Origin: an uncultured Dehalococcoidia bacterium
GTDB lineage: Bacteria > Chloroflexota > Dehalococcoidia > SM23-28-2 > RBG-16-64-32
DNA length: 64,000 nucleotides
Assembly: GCA_964649215.1 (NCBI GenBank)
Contig: CAZYOV010000001.1
Coordinates: 8,453-72,452 of the forward strand
Reading direction: 5' to 3'
Below the pieces are notes generated by a model. It was not told where the DNA came from and did no database searches. It saw only the letters and a list, made by a program, of their open reading frames with translations. This document shows positions 19,533-29,372 of the stretch, piece after piece. Position numbers and translations under genes: made by a program. How positions within the stretch are numbered: position 1 is the first letter of the stretch; each line of letters opens with the position of its first letter.

Positions 19533-21176
19533 ATGAGAAACAGCCAGAGGCAGCCGAACATCCTGTTCATCCTGGTCGACCAGGAGCGGTACTTCAAGGA
19601 GCACCCGAAGGAGCTGGAGATACCGGGGCGGCGACGCCTTTTGGATATGGGCGTCACCTTTACCAACCACTATATCGCTTCCAGCGTTTGCACCGCTTCA
19701 CGCTCCGTCGTCTACACCGGCCAGCACATGCCTGTGACCGGCATGTTCGACAACGTCAACTTCCCGTTCGTACCCTCGCTGACGACCAACCTGCCAACGA
19801 TCGGGACGATGATGCGGCAGCTCGGCTACTACACCGCATATAAGGGCAAGTGGCATCTGGCCAGTGAGCTCGAGCCAGACCCGGAGCGCGACCACAACTA
19901 CGTCAATGACATGGAGAAGTACGGGTTCTCGGACTGGAATCCGGCTGGAGACATTATTGGCGACCCGTGGGACGGGTTCATCCGTGACAACGGCTCGCTG
20001 GCTGGAGCGCTCCAATGGCTGCGCACGAAGGGGTTGCAACTGCGCGGCGAGGGAAGGCCATGGTTTCTATCGGTGGACTTGGTGAACCCACACGACATCA
20101 TGTACTTCAACACCGACCTACCCGGCGAGAAGGTCCAAGACACCGGCGCCCTCATGATGGAGCTAAGGCGGGCGCCTGATACTCCCAGCTACAGCCAGAC
20201 GTACGACGGCGTTGTCCCGGATAACTGGACGCAGGCCCTCGACGAGGAGGGCCGGCCGGCGCTGCACGGCGAAGCAATGGAAGCGACTGCTCACGCCCTG
20301 GGGCGCATCCCGTCGGAGCAAGAACGCTGGCAGAGGTTCAACGACTACTACCTCAACTGCATGAAAGAGGTCGACCGTAAGATTGACCGGCTCATCGAGG
20401 AGGTCGATGATCTCGGGCTCCTCGACCAAACGGTCATCATCTTCACCTCTGATCACGGCGAAATGGGTGGTGCTCATGGCTTGAGGAGCAAAACGGGAAA
20501 CGCCTATGAAGAGACCGTTCACGTTCCCCTGATTGTGTACACCCCCGGCGGACCGGCCGGCGTGAGCTGCGACGCGGTAACCTCGCACGTGGACCTCGCC
20601 CCGACACTGCTGGGCCTGTCCGGCGCGAACCCCAGCGCCGTCGAGGGCATCGCTCAAGCCCTACCTGGCAGGGACTTCAGCGAGCTGACAAGGAATCCGA
20701 AGGATGCGACAGCCAGCTCCGTGCGGTCGGGGTTGCTCTTCGCCTACAGCATGGCTCTAACCCTGGACGCCAACTTCCTCGCGAAGATGGTAGAGATGAA
20801 GCAGCAAGGCAAGGACCCCGCGGAGATCAAGGCATCGGGAGTCAAGCCGGACCTGACGAAGCGAGGCTTCATGCGCACCTACTTCGACGGGCGGTACAAA
20901 TTCTCTCGCTATTTCGCGCCGAGCCAGCACAACCAGCCGCGGACGGCGGACGAGCTGTATGAATGGAACGAGGTGGAGCTGTTCGACCTGACGGATGACC
21001 CGAAAGAGATGATCAACCTGGCAGCTCAGGGGAAGGATTACCGACATTTGGTAGAAGAGCTCAGCGGGAAGCTGAACCACATGATCTCAACGGAAATTGG
21101 GGCAGCCGACGATGGACGATACCTTCCTAATGTACCGGGCATGAGCTGGGCAGTGACCGAGTTCAAGAACATCTAG
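19533..21176 (+). CDS. Sulfatase (Cys-type, CTASR variant)
   Basis: 547 aa with NILFILVDQERY...SVCTASRSVVYTGQH and downstream TSDHGEMGGAHG typical of sulfatases. Confidence 0.85.
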   Translation: MRNSQRQPNILFILVDQERYFKEHPKELEIPGRRRLLDMGVTFTNHYIASSVCTASRSVVYTGQHMPVTGMFDNVNFPFVPSLTTNLPTIGTMMRQLGYYTAYKGKWHLASELEPDPERDHNYVNDMEKYGFSDWNPAGDIIGDPWDGFIRDNGSLAGALQWLRTKGLQLRGEGRPWFLSVDLVNPHDIMYFNTDLPGEKVQDTGALMMELRRAPDTPSYSQTYDGVVPDNWTQALDEEGRPALHGEAMEATAHALGRIPSEQERWQRFNDYYLNCMKEVDRKIDRLIEEVDDLGLLDQTVIIFTSDHGEMGGAHGLRSKTGNAYEETVHVPLIVYTPGGPAGVSCDAVTSHVDLAPTLLGLSGANPSAVEGIAQALPGRDFSELTRNPKDATASSVRSGLLFAYSMALTLDANFLAKMVEMKQQGKDPAEIKASGVKPDLTKRGFMRTYFDGRYKFSRYFAPSQHNQPRTADELYEWNEVELFDLTDDPKEMINLAAQGKDYRHLVEELSGKLNHMISTEIGAADDGRYLPNVPGMSWAVTEFKNI

Positions 21177-21250
21177 GGTATGGCCTGGTCCAACTCCCGT
21201 CTAGGTCCGGCGCCGGAAATGAAGCGAGCGATTCAGAAAGGAGAAAGGCA

Positions 21251-21730
21251 ATGACCGCTGAAGACCGACAGAGTTCGACGCCTGAAGAGGCGAACGTTGA
21301 GCGCAAAGAAATCCAGGCCTTGTTTGTGCAGACGGCCAAGAGTGTTGTATTCGAGAATGGGAGGCTGACGCTGAATGGCCTGGCCCCAACAACGCTGTAC
21401 TTCTCGGATCGTCCCGACCGGGTCGTCGGCCACATCACGTCCGATGAGTTCCTGGATGCCTGGGACGAAGGCGAGGACAGCTTCGCCGACGACCCACCGA
21501 ATGCAGCGCTTTCCGTCTTCAGCCATGACGGCGACGAGATCCACGACATCGTCGTAGTGCTGAAAGACCCGGGCCTCAAGGGCGATGTGATGACTTATAA
21601 CGTCGAGGTCCTGGATGGCGAGATGCCGGCCTCAGGTGGCCCAAGCTCGCTGTTCATCGATGTGATTGGCCGTCCGCTGACTCCCGTATCCGTCGCCGGC
21701 GCTCGCAGGCGGCGGCGACGAAGAAGATAG
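21251..21730 (+). CDS. Hypothetical protein with C-terminal octa-arginine tail
   Basis: 159 aa, RBS AAAGGAGAAAGG. No family recognised. Ends ...VSVAGARRRRRRRR*. Confidence 0.55.
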   Translation: MTAEDRQSSTPEEANVERKEIQALFVQTAKSVVFENGRLTLNGLAPTTLYFSDRPDRVVGHITSDEFLDAWDEGEDSFADDPPNAALSVFSHDGDEIHDIVVVLKDPGLKGDVMTYNVEVLDGEMPASGGPSSLFIDVIGRPLTPVSVAGARRRRRRRR

Positions 21731-21819
21731 AGAGAACGGCTGGATGGAAATCAGCAAAGCGGCCGGCACGGAAGACACGCTCTAAGAAAAAGAAGCAGGT
21801 TAACGAAGGGAGACATTCT

Positions 21820-22074
21820 GTGGTTCGAGCACTCGTCCTTCTGGCATTGATCGGCGCGGCGTGGTATGCGGTTACCCGGATCATGGCGCAACCGAAAGGC
21901 TCCTTCAGAGAGCGTGCTACTCGGGCCGCAGCATCCGTCCGCGAGCACGGCCCAGCCGCGATTCAAGACGTTGCCTACGGCATCGAAAAGGCGGGCGAAG
22001 CGGCGGAAGCGGAGGCTAAGACACTCCGCCAGCGCAAAGCCTCCGAGACGGAAGGGGCTTCAGACGCTGACTAA
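21820..22074 (+). CDS. Small single-TM protein, weakly YtxH-like
   Basis: 84 aa, GTG start after GGGAGA. N-terminal TM VRALVLLALIGAAWYAV followed by QPKGSFRERATRAAASVRE. Confidence 0.4.
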   Translation: MVRALVLLALIGAAWYAVTRIMAQPKGSFRERATRAAASVREHGPAAIQDVAYGIEKAGEAAEAEAKTLRQRKASETEGASDAD

Positions 22075-22135
22075 GGGGCAAGAATCGTATCTGGAGCGAG
22101 CGATCATGGCACGACAGTAGGCAGGAGGCAGTCGA

Positions 22136-24499
22136 ATGGCAGTCGTAGAGTATCCACAAGGAGCAAGCTTCCCCGGCAAGATCGGGCGCACGGCTGAGGA
22201 ATCCACGCCCGCGTGGCCCCAACCTATACGCGCCCAGGAGGGCGCGCCCAATATCCTGTTCTTCATCCTTGACGACGTCGGTTACGGGCAGCTCTCATGC
22301 TTCGGTGGGCTGGTGGAGACGCCGAACATCGACCGGGTGGCGGCGAACGGCCTCCGCTACGCGAACATGCATACCACGGCGCTCTGCTCACCCACGCGGT
22401 CGTGTGTGCTGACCGGGCGCAATCACCACTCTAACGGCGTTGCCTCCATCATGGAGACCGCAACCGGCTACCCCGGCTACGACGCCCGTATGCCGTTCGA
22501 GAACGGCATGCTGCCCGAAATGCTCCTCCCCCACGGCTACAACACGTTCTGCATTGGGAAGTGGCATCTGTCGCCGTCGGAGGACAACACTGCCGCCGGC
22601 CCCTTCCACCGCTGGCCGATGGGGCGCGGCTTTGAGCGCTTCTACGGCTTCCTGGGCGGCGAGACCAACCAGTGGTACCCCGACCTGACCGAGGATAACC
22701 GCTCGGCCCCACAGCCGAAGCCGCCGCAAGAGGGCTACCACCTCAACATCGACCTGGCCGATAAGGCCATCAAGATGGTTCTTGACGCCCACGTTAACGC
22801 GCCGGAGAAGCCCTTCTTCCTCTATTACGCTACCGGCGCCGCGCACGCGCCGCACCACGTCGAGAAGGAGTGGATTGACAAGTACAAGGGCAAGTTTGAC
22901 GCCGGCTGGGACTCGTACCGCGAGCAGGTTTTTCAGCGCCAGAAGGAGATAGGGTTGTTGCCCGCTGACGCGCAACTGGCGGAACGCGACCCGGACGTGC
23001 CGGTGTGGGACACGCTGTCGCCTGACGAAAGACGCCTCTACTCTCGTTTCATGGAGGTCTACGCCGGCTTCCTTTCGCAGACGGATTTTCACTTTGGACG
23101 CATCCTCGACACTCTGGAAGAGATCGGCGAGCTGAATAACACGCTCATCATGGTCCTGTCCGACAACGGCGCTTCCGCCGAAGGTGGGCCGGTCGGCTCG
23201 GTCAACGAGATGTTCTTCTTCAACAACATCCCGGAAAAGTTCGACGACAACCTGGCACAGATCGACGAGCTGGGTGGAACGAAGAGCTACAACCATTACC
23301 CCTGGGGCTGGACCTGGGCCGGCAACGCGCCCTTCCGCCGCTGGAAGCGGGAGACCTACCGCGGTGGCTCTACCGACCCCTTCATCGTCGCCTGGCCGAA
23401 CGGCATCAAGGCTCGGGGCGAGGTGCGCCAGCAGTACGCCCACGCCGTTGATATGGTGCCCACCGTCCTTGACGCACTGGGCATCGAAGCGCCCCCGGCG
23501 ATCCGAGGCATAGCCCAATCCCCGCTGGAAGGCGTGAGCTTCGCCCACACTTTCGACGCGCCTGACGCGCATACCCAGCACGTTACGCAGTACTTCGAGA
23601 TGTTCGCTCATCGCGCCATCGACCATGACGGCTGGCGAGCGGTCTGCCCCTGGCCCGGCGTCAACTTCACCGAAGCCGCCAAGAAGGGCCGTCAGTTTGG
23701 CTCTCCCGTCCCGCCGGAAGTCCTGGACGAATTGGAGACCAGCGCCTGGGAGCTGTACCACATCGCCGAAGACCCAACCGAGTCCCGCGATGTGGCCGCC
23801 CAGCACCCGGCGAAGCTGCGCGAGCTGATCTCGCTCTGGTGGACGGAGGCTGGCAAGTACAAGGTCCTTCCCCTTGACGGCGATGTCAAAACGCGCATGG
23901 TCGTCGAGCGTCCTCAGACGTCAAGACCGCGGACTCGCTTCACGTACTACCCGGGGCTTTCGGTCATTCCGACACCCGCGACGCCTAAGATCTTGAATCG
24001 CCCGCACAGCATCGAAGCGGACGTGGAGATCCCGACAGGCGGGGCGGAAGGTGTTCTGCTCGCCCAGGGCGGCGCCGCCGGCGGCTTCGTCCTCTACGTC
24101 AAAGACGGGCGGCTGCGCTACGCCCACAATTACGTCGGGAAGGAGATATTCGAGGTCGAGGCGCAGGCGGAACTGCCCGCGGGACGGCGCAGTCTGCGCT
24201 TCGAATTCGAGCCGACCGGCCAGCCGGACTTCGCCAACGGTAAGGGAGCCCCGGGGCGCTTGCAGCTTTACATCGATGGCACGCTTGTCGGGAGCACGGA
24301 CGCGCCGCACACCACCCCTCTCACATTCGAGCTGGAGGGGCTCTCCTGCGGATACGACTTTGGGGCGCCGGTGCTGGAACGCGTCTACCAGCCGCCGTTC
24401 ACCTTCACCGGCACCATCCATAGCGTGACCGTGGACGTCGCCGGCGAGCTGATCGAGGACGACGAGGCGACGTTGCGCCGCATGATGGCCCAGCAGTAG
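22136..24499 (+). CDS. Arylsulfatase, long AtsA-like form (Cys-type, CSPTR)
   Basis: 787 aa, collinear paralogue of 16567-18924 ([17 protein letters not shown]). Confidence 0.9.
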   Translation: MAVVEYPQGASFPGKIGRTAEESTPAWPQPIRAQEGAPNILFFILDDVGYGQLSCFGGLVETPNIDRVAANGLRYANMHTTALCSPTRSCVLTGRNHHSNGVASIMETATGYPGYDARMPFENGMLPEMLLPHGYNTFCIGKWHLSPSEDNTAAGPFHRWPMGRGFERFYGFLGGETNQWYPDLTEDNRSAPQPKPPQEGYHLNIDLADKAIKMVLDAHVNAPEKPFFLYYATGAAHAPHHVEKEWIDKYKGKFDAGWDSYREQVFQRQKEIGLLPADAQLAERDPDVPVWDTLSPDERRLYSRFMEVYAGFLSQTDFHFGRILDTLEEIGELNNTLIMVLSDNGASAEGGPVGSVNEMFFFNNIPEKFDDNLAQIDELGGTKSYNHYPWGWTWAGNAPFRRWKRETYRGGSTDPFIVAWPNGIKARGEVRQQYAHAVDMVPTVLDALGIEAPPAIRGIAQSPLEGVSFAHTFDAPDAHTQHVTQYFEMFAHRAIDHDGWRAVCPWPGVNFTEAAKKGRQFGSPVPPEVLDELETSAWELYHIAEDPTESRDVAAQHPAKLRELISLWWTEAGKYKVLPLDGDVKTRMVVERPQTSRPRTRFTYYPGLSVIPTPATPKILNRPHSIEADVEIPTGGAEGVLLAQGGAAGGFVLYVKDGRLRYAHNYVGKEIFEVEAQAELPAGRRSLRFEFEPTGQPDFANGKGAPGRLQLYIDGTLVGSTDAPHTTPLTFELEGLSCGYDFGAPVLERVYQPPFTFTGTIHSVTVDVAGELIEDDEATLRRMMAQQ

Positions 24500-24542
24500 C
24501 GGCCCAGCATGCAAAGCGATTAGCTTGGGCGGAGAGCGCACA

Positions 24543-25889
24543 ATGACGATGCTGACCATGCCCGAAGGCGCGCCCCCCGCGTTCCATCTCCTCGCCAAGC
24601 CGACGGGGGCGGTCTGCAACCTTGACTGCAAGTACTGCTTCTATCTGTCCAAGGAGAGGCTCTACCCCGGCAGCCGCTTTCGCATGGCTGACGACCTGCT
24701 CGAGACCTACATCCGGCAACTCATCGAATCGCACCGAACCCCGGAGGTGACTGTCGCCTGGCAGGGCGGCGAGCCCACGCTGATGGGTCTGGACTTCTTC
24801 AAGCTGTCCCTGGAGTACGCCGAGAAGTGCAAGCGGCCGGGCCAGCGCGTCGTGCATACGATGCAGACCAATGGGACGAGGTTGGACGACGAATGGTGCG
24901 CCTTTCTCAATGAGCACGAGTTTCTCGTAGGTCTCAGCGTGGACGGGCCCAGGGGGGAGCATGACGTCTACCGTGTGAACAGGGGCGGCACGGGCACCTT
25001 TGATGAGGTGATGCGCGGCTGGAGCATGCTCAAGAAGCACGGCGTAAACTTCAACATTCTAGGCACCGTCCACGCGGCCAATGCCGACCATCCCCGGGAA
25101 GTGTACCGGTTCTTTCGCGACGAGCTCGAGGCCGCCTTCATCCAGTTCATCCCAATCGTGGAACGGATCAATGCGGACGGAAGCACGCTGTTGCAGGAGG
25201 GCGACACCGTCACCGGCCGCTCGGTTAAGGCGGAACAGTACGGCCGGTTTCTTGTCGAGGTCTTCGAGGAGTGGGTGCGTCGGGACGTTGGCGAGGTCTA
25301 CGTGCAAATGTTCGATGTCGCTCTCGCCAACTGGGTCGGCGCGCCGCCGGGCGTGTGCGTCTTCTCGGAGACGTGCGGCCAAGCGCTGGCCCTGGAACAC
25401 ACCGGCGACCCGTATTCATGCGACCATTTCGTGGAGCCGAAACACCTCCTGGGCAACATCAAACAGACGCACATGATTGAGCTGGTCGCGTCGGATCAGC
25501 AGCGCCGCTTTGGGCAGGACAAGCGGGACACTCTGCCCCGCTACTGTCGGGAATGCGAAGTGCGCTTCGCCTGTCACGGCGGCTGCCCCAAGAACCGATT
25601 CAACGACACGCCGGACGGCGAACGCGGGCTGAACTACTTGTGTGCCGGGTACAAGCTGTTCTTCAACCACGTAGACCGGCCGATGCGCATGATGGCGGAT
25701 CTGCTGCGCCAAGGACGGGCGCCGGCGGAGATCATGGCCTCCTACGCCGCCAAGGATCGAGAGAGGGATGACCGGTTCGCCGATGTGGGGCGCAACGAGC
25801 CGTGCCCCTGCGGCTGCGGGCGCAAGTACAAGAAGTGCCATGGCGCCAGCGTCGTCGCCGCATGGGCTGGCGATAAGAAGGAGTCCTGA
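24543..25889 (+). CDS. Anaerobic sulfatase-maturating radical-SAM enzyme (anSME) with C-terminal SEC-C motif
   Basis: Radical-SAM cluster motif [10 protein letters not shown] and SPASM-like Cys clusters (CDHF..., [18 protein letters not shown]). The extra tail [17 protein letters not shown] matches the SEC-C metal-binding motif. ATG at 24543 follows GGAGAG. Confidence 0.85.
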   Translation: MTMLTMPEGAPPAFHLLAKPTGAVCNLDCKYCFYLSKERLYPGSRFRMADDLLETYIRQLIESHRTPEVTVAWQGGEPTLMGLDFFKLSLEYAEKCKRPGQRVVHTMQTNGTRLDDEWCAFLNEHEFLVGLSVDGPRGEHDVYRVNRGGTGTFDEVMRGWSMLKKHGVNFNILGTVHAANADHPREVYRFFRDELEAAFIQFIPIVERINADGSTLLQEGDTVTGRSVKAEQYGRFLVEVFEEWVRRDVGEVYVQMFDVALANWVGAPPGVCVFSETCGQALALEHTGDPYSCDHFVEPKHLLGNIKQTHMIELVASDQQRRFGQDKRDTLPRYCRECEVRFACHGGCPKNRFNDTPDGERGLNYLCAGYKLFFNHVDRPMRMMADLLRQGRAPAEIMASYAAKDRERDDRFADVGRNEPCPCGCGRKYKKCHGASVVAAWAGDKKES

Positions 25890-26560
25890 TGGGCAGTGTG
25901 ATCGGAGAGATCCTGCCTCTTGCCATCGGCGTGGCGATCAGCCTCGTCCCCATAATCGCCGTGATCATCATGCTCTTCACCCCGAAGGCCACGACGAACA
26001 GCGTCGCCTTCCTCCTCGGCTGGCTGCTGGGCCTCATCGTGGTCGGCAGCATCGTGCTGCTCGCCGGCGACGTCGCCTCGGACGACTCGGGGGAGTCCAC
26101 GGTCTCCGGGGTGGTGAAGCTGGCTCTCGGATTGCTGTTCTTGGCTCTCGCCGCCCGGAACTGGCGGTCGCGGCCCAAGGCGGGTGAGGAGCCGGAGATG
26201 CCGGCGTGGATGGCCACCATCGACCAGTTCGGCGCTGGGAAGTCCGCAGGGATCGGTGCGCTGCTGTCGGGGGTAAACCCCAAGAACCTCGCCCTCACCG
26301 CCGCCGGCGCCGCCACAATCGCCGCCGCCGGGCTCACCACCGGCGAGCAGATCGGCGCCTTCGCCGTCTTCGTGACCATCGCCAGCGTCACCGTGGCGGC
26401 TCCGGTGATTCTCTACCTGATCATGGGGGACCGAGTGCAGGGCGGCCTGAACAGTCTGAAGGAGTGGCTCATAGCTAACAACAACACGGTCATGGCCGTC
26501 CTGCTCGTCGTGTTCGGCGCCAAGCTGCTCGGGGACGCGATCAGCATCCTCAGCGGTTGA
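25889..26560 (+). CDS. GAP/Sap-like (sulfolipid-addressing-protein family) membrane protein
   Basis: 223 aa, about 6 TM. N-terminus IGEILPLAIGVAISLVPIIAVIIMLFTPK...AFLLGWLLGL. Its start overlaps the anSME stop (TGATG). Confidence 0.6.
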   Translation: MGSVIGEILPLAIGVAISLVPIIAVIIMLFTPKATTNSVAFLLGWLLGLIVVGSIVLLAGDVASDDSGESTVSGVVKLALGLLFLALAARNWRSRPKAGEEPEMPAWMATIDQFGAGKSAGIGALLSGVNPKNLALTAAGAATIAAAGLTTGEQIGAFAVFVTIASVTVAAPVILYLIMGDRVQGGLNSLKEWLIANNNTVMAVLLVVFGAKLLGDAISILSG

Positions 26561-26668
26561 CCCCATGCAGGGAAAGACGCTGGCTCGGCAGATGCAAGCG
26601 ATAGTAGTGCCGCCGCACGGGACACTGACGGCATGCGCCGAGCCTCCTTCGATAGAGGCTGAAGAGCC

Positions 26669-27130
26669 ATGATAATCGCGGGCATCGCGTCACTGCTGGG
26701 GGCCCCAATATGGATCGTCGTCACGCTCGTGGCTCTTCTGTTCTGGCGCAGTCGGTGGGTTAAGCGCCGGCCCGGCTCGTTCAAGTGCGCCGTTCGCCGC
26801 GCTCCCGATGATGTCGCTGATACGATCGTCGACGTCCCCTCTAAATTCAAGCTGGGATACGGCCTGTGGGTGAGTAACGTGTTCATCTGGGAAAGAGGAA
26901 GGGCCACGTTCAGAGACTTCCTTCTGCCAGTGGACGGGATCGATGAGGGAGGCGTGCGCAGAGCAAAGCCGAAGGAGGTGAAAGGCCTCGGAGATGAACC
27001 GGTCATCGCAACCCTGGTTGTCGGATCCGCGGCCGGGGTGGAGGTGGCTGCGCGGGCCGAGGACCGTGACATCGCGTTGGGCCCGTTCCGCAAGCGGGCC
27101 GCCGAGGAAATGGAAGGGAGGACACAATGA
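26669..27130 (+). CDS. DUF2550-like membrane-anchored protein
   Basis: 153 aa. N-terminal TM, then FKCAVRR...LWVSNVFIWERGRATFRDFLLPV, resembling actinobacterial DUF2550. 4-nt overlap with the next gene. Confidence 0.45.
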   Translation: MIIAGIASLLGAPIWIVVTLVALLFWRSRWVKRRPGSFKCAVRRAPDDVADTIVDVPSKFKLGYGLWVSNVFIWERGRATFRDFLLPVDGIDEGGVRRAKPKEVKGLGDEPVIATLVVGSAAGVEVAARAEDRDIALGPFRKRAAEEMEGRTQ

Positions 27131-28113
27131 CCGACAGACCCGCGAAGGAGCCCACTCACGAGGGGGAGCCGCACGAAGCCGCCTGCTGCGCGGCGAGCAG
27201 GTCGAGCGAGCGGGCCCTGGAAGGAGTGGCGGAAGCCGTTTCTCTGACAGCCGCCAGCGCCTCCACCGACGGGATGATACTGATTCCCGGCGGCAAGTTC
27301 CTGATGGGCACTGCCGATGACGTCAGCTACCCGGCCGACGGCGAGGGGCCGGTTCGCGAGGTCATGCTGCGTGGGTTCTGGATCGACGCGATAGCTGTCT
27401 CGAATGAGCGCTTCGCCGCGTTCGTAGACGACACAAGCCACATCACTGACGCGGAGCGGTTCGAGTGGTCCTTCGTTTTTGCCGGCCTGCTTCCCCCCGA
27501 TTGCACGGACACCAGAGGCATCGCAGCGGCACCCTGGTGGCGGCAGGTGTTCGGCGCTGACTGGCGCCACCCAGAAGGGCCGAACTCCAACATCAGCGAG
27601 CGCTCGGACCATCCAGTCGTTCATGTGTCCTGGAACGACGCATTAGGGTACTGCACCTGGGCGGGAATGCGCCTGCCCACCGAGGCGGAATGGGAGTACG
27701 CCGCCCGCGGAGGCCTGGAGCAGAAGCGCTACCCCTGGGGCGATGACCGCGAACCCCACGGCCAGCACCGAATGAACGTCTGGCAGGGAGAGTTCCCTAA
27801 CCAGAACACGGTTGATGACGGGTACTTCGGCACCGCACCGGTGAGTGCCTTTGATCCCAATGGCTATGGCCTATTCAACATGTCCGGGAACGTCTGGGAG
27901 TGGTGCTCGGACTGGTTTAGCCCAACCCATCATGCGAACGGCTCGCGCGAAAACCCCGCAGGGCCTCCGTCTGGAGACGCGAAGGTGATTCGAGGCGGCT
28001 CGTACCTGTGCCATGACTCCTACTGCAACCGATATCGAGTGGCGGCCCGAACGCGCAACACACCTGACAGCTCCACCGGCAATATGGGCTTCCGCTGCGC
28101 AAGGGACGCCTGA
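27127..28113 (+). CDS. Formylglycine-generating enzyme (FGE/SUMF1 family)
   Basis: 328 aa with MILIPGGKFLMGT...HPVVHVSWNDALGYCTWAGMRLPTEAEWEYAARGG...RGGSYLCHDSYCNRYRVAARTRNTPDSSTGNMGFRCA. Confidence 0.9.
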   Translation: MTDRPAKEPTHEGEPHEAACCAASRSSERALEGVAEAVSLTAASASTDGMILIPGGKFLMGTADDVSYPADGEGPVREVMLRGFWIDAIAVSNERFAAFVDDTSHITDAERFEWSFVFAGLLPPDCTDTRGIAAAPWWRQVFGADWRHPEGPNSNISERSDHPVVHVSWNDALGYCTWAGMRLPTEAEWEYAARGGLEQKRYPWGDDREPHGQHRMNVWQGEFPNQNTVDDGYFGTAPVSAFDPNGYGLFNMSGNVWEWCSDWFSPTHHANGSRENPAGPPSGDAKVIRGGSYLCHDSYCNRYRVAARTRNTPDSSTGNMGFRCARDA

Positions 28114-28270
28114 CCTAGATATCGCAATCACTAGACCTCGAACCTTTTACGCCTGGCACCCCAACCACTCGTAGCGACGTTCGACGCAGCGCCCGAAACC
28201 GTGATTTCATTCGCCTCGCGGAATTCCCTGCCTGCCAGGCCTATCTGCGGCCACCGGCCAGCGAGGGGCA

Positions 28271-28338
28271 CTACCAAGAAATGATTACAAATGTACTTAT
28301 GATTCGCGATGGCCCGCGTCTCATCTTGGCCCATCATT
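28271..28338 (+). promoter_or_regulatory. Conserved bipartite upstream element, copy F
   Basis: CTACCAAGAAATGATTACAAATGTACTTATGATTCGCGATGGC-N18-CATCAT. Lies ~51 nt upstream of CDS 28389. Confidence 0.6.
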
Positions 28339-28388
28339 TGAACCATCGGTAAGCCAGTATTCCCTATCTGGGGAAAGGAGTATTCGAC

Positions 28389-28625
28389 GTGTTTTATCTT
28401 TCGACGTTCTGGGACGTCCTCTGGGCCTCGTTCCTCTTCTTCTTCATATTTGTCCCACTCATCATGTTGTGGGTCTTCGCCCTGGTGGACCTGTTCAGAC
28501 GGAAAGGCATGTCCGTGATCGTTCGAGTCCTATGGCTGCTATTCATCATCTTCGTGCCCATCATTGGACCGCTGATCTATCTGCTGGTCCGGCCGGCTGA
28601 TGAGGAAGTCGAATACCGCTACTAG
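28389..28625 (+). CDS. PLDc_N-domain small membrane protein
   Basis: 78 aa, a close paralogue of 9399-9671 (FWDVLWASFLFFFIFVPLIMLWVFALVDLF...VLWLLFIIFVPIIGPLIYLLVRP). Confidence 0.8.
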   Translation: MFYLSTFWDVLWASFLFFFIFVPLIMLWVFALVDLFRRKGMSVIVRVLWLLFIIFVPIIGPLIYLLVRPADEEVEYRY

Positions 28626-28705
28626 CTATTCGCCCGATCTGGGGGCTCGTCGCTGGAAGACGGACCCCGCTGAAACGGCGTCCCACACCTGATCGGAGCA
28701 GTCCA

Positions 28706-29206
28706 ATGAGCAAGCCAGACGAACCGGTTGTCGTCATGGTGGCGGTCTACACCACCGAGATAGACGGCGACCTCACGCTCGCCACGCTGAACCAGTGGAA
28801 GAAAGACGGCAAGATCGAGGTCATCGACGCCGCTGTGATGGTCAGGGAGGGGACCTCTGGAAGCTTCGAGATCAAGGTGCCCGGCGAACCCACCGCCAAG
28901 AGGGGCGCCAAGCGTGGCGCCATCGCGGGTGGGGTTCTCGGGGCTATCTTCCCGCCCTCAATCCTCGCGCTGTCGGCGGCTGGCGCCGTCGCCGGTGCGG
29001 TCGTGGGGCACTTCCGGGACCATGGCCTGGACACCGACGTCCTGAAAGCGATCGGGGACAGGGTGCCACGAGGAGGCTCCGCCATCGTGGCGGTGATCGA
29101 AAAGCCTTGGGTGGATCAGTTCGCCAAGATCGTCAAGGGCTACGGCGAGCTCACCAGCTACGCGCTTGACCCGGAAGCCGCGGCGCGGCTTATCGGTAAG
29201 CAGTGA
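28706..29206 (+). CDS. DUF1269-like membrane protein (subtype 2)
   Basis: 166 aa, paralogue of 8332-8838 (GAKRGAIAGGVLGAIFPPSILALSAAGAVAGAVVGH). Confidence 0.75.
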   Translation: MSKPDEPVVVMVAVYTTEIDGDLTLATLNQWKKDGKIEVIDAAVMVREGTSGSFEIKVPGEPTAKRGAKRGAIAGGVLGAIFPPSILALSAAGAVAGAVVGHFRDHGLDTDVLKAIGDRVPRGGSAIVAVIEKPWVDQFAKIVKGYGELTSYALDPEAAARLIGKQ

Positions 29207-29372
29207 TCACAACCGCGGGCTGGCATCTGTCCCAGGTCAAGTAGCGACTACTGCGGTACTTCGCCTGCGCGGCCCTGGGCGGGGCGTTGACGCCGTGTGG
29301 GTGTCCCGAACCTGGGCCGGCGCAGGTACCCGGAGACGCTGATCTAGGGTCTCCGGACTCACAGAAGGAGGC

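Noticed and set aside
29225-29262. Possible 14th, degenerate copy of the element upstream of the MBL-fold gene (AAGTAGCGACTACTGCGGTACTTCGCCTGCGCGG)
   Set aside because: It shares only the GGTACTT core and a few flanking bases. It has no GAAATC, no CCATGCG box and no correctly spaced hexamer.
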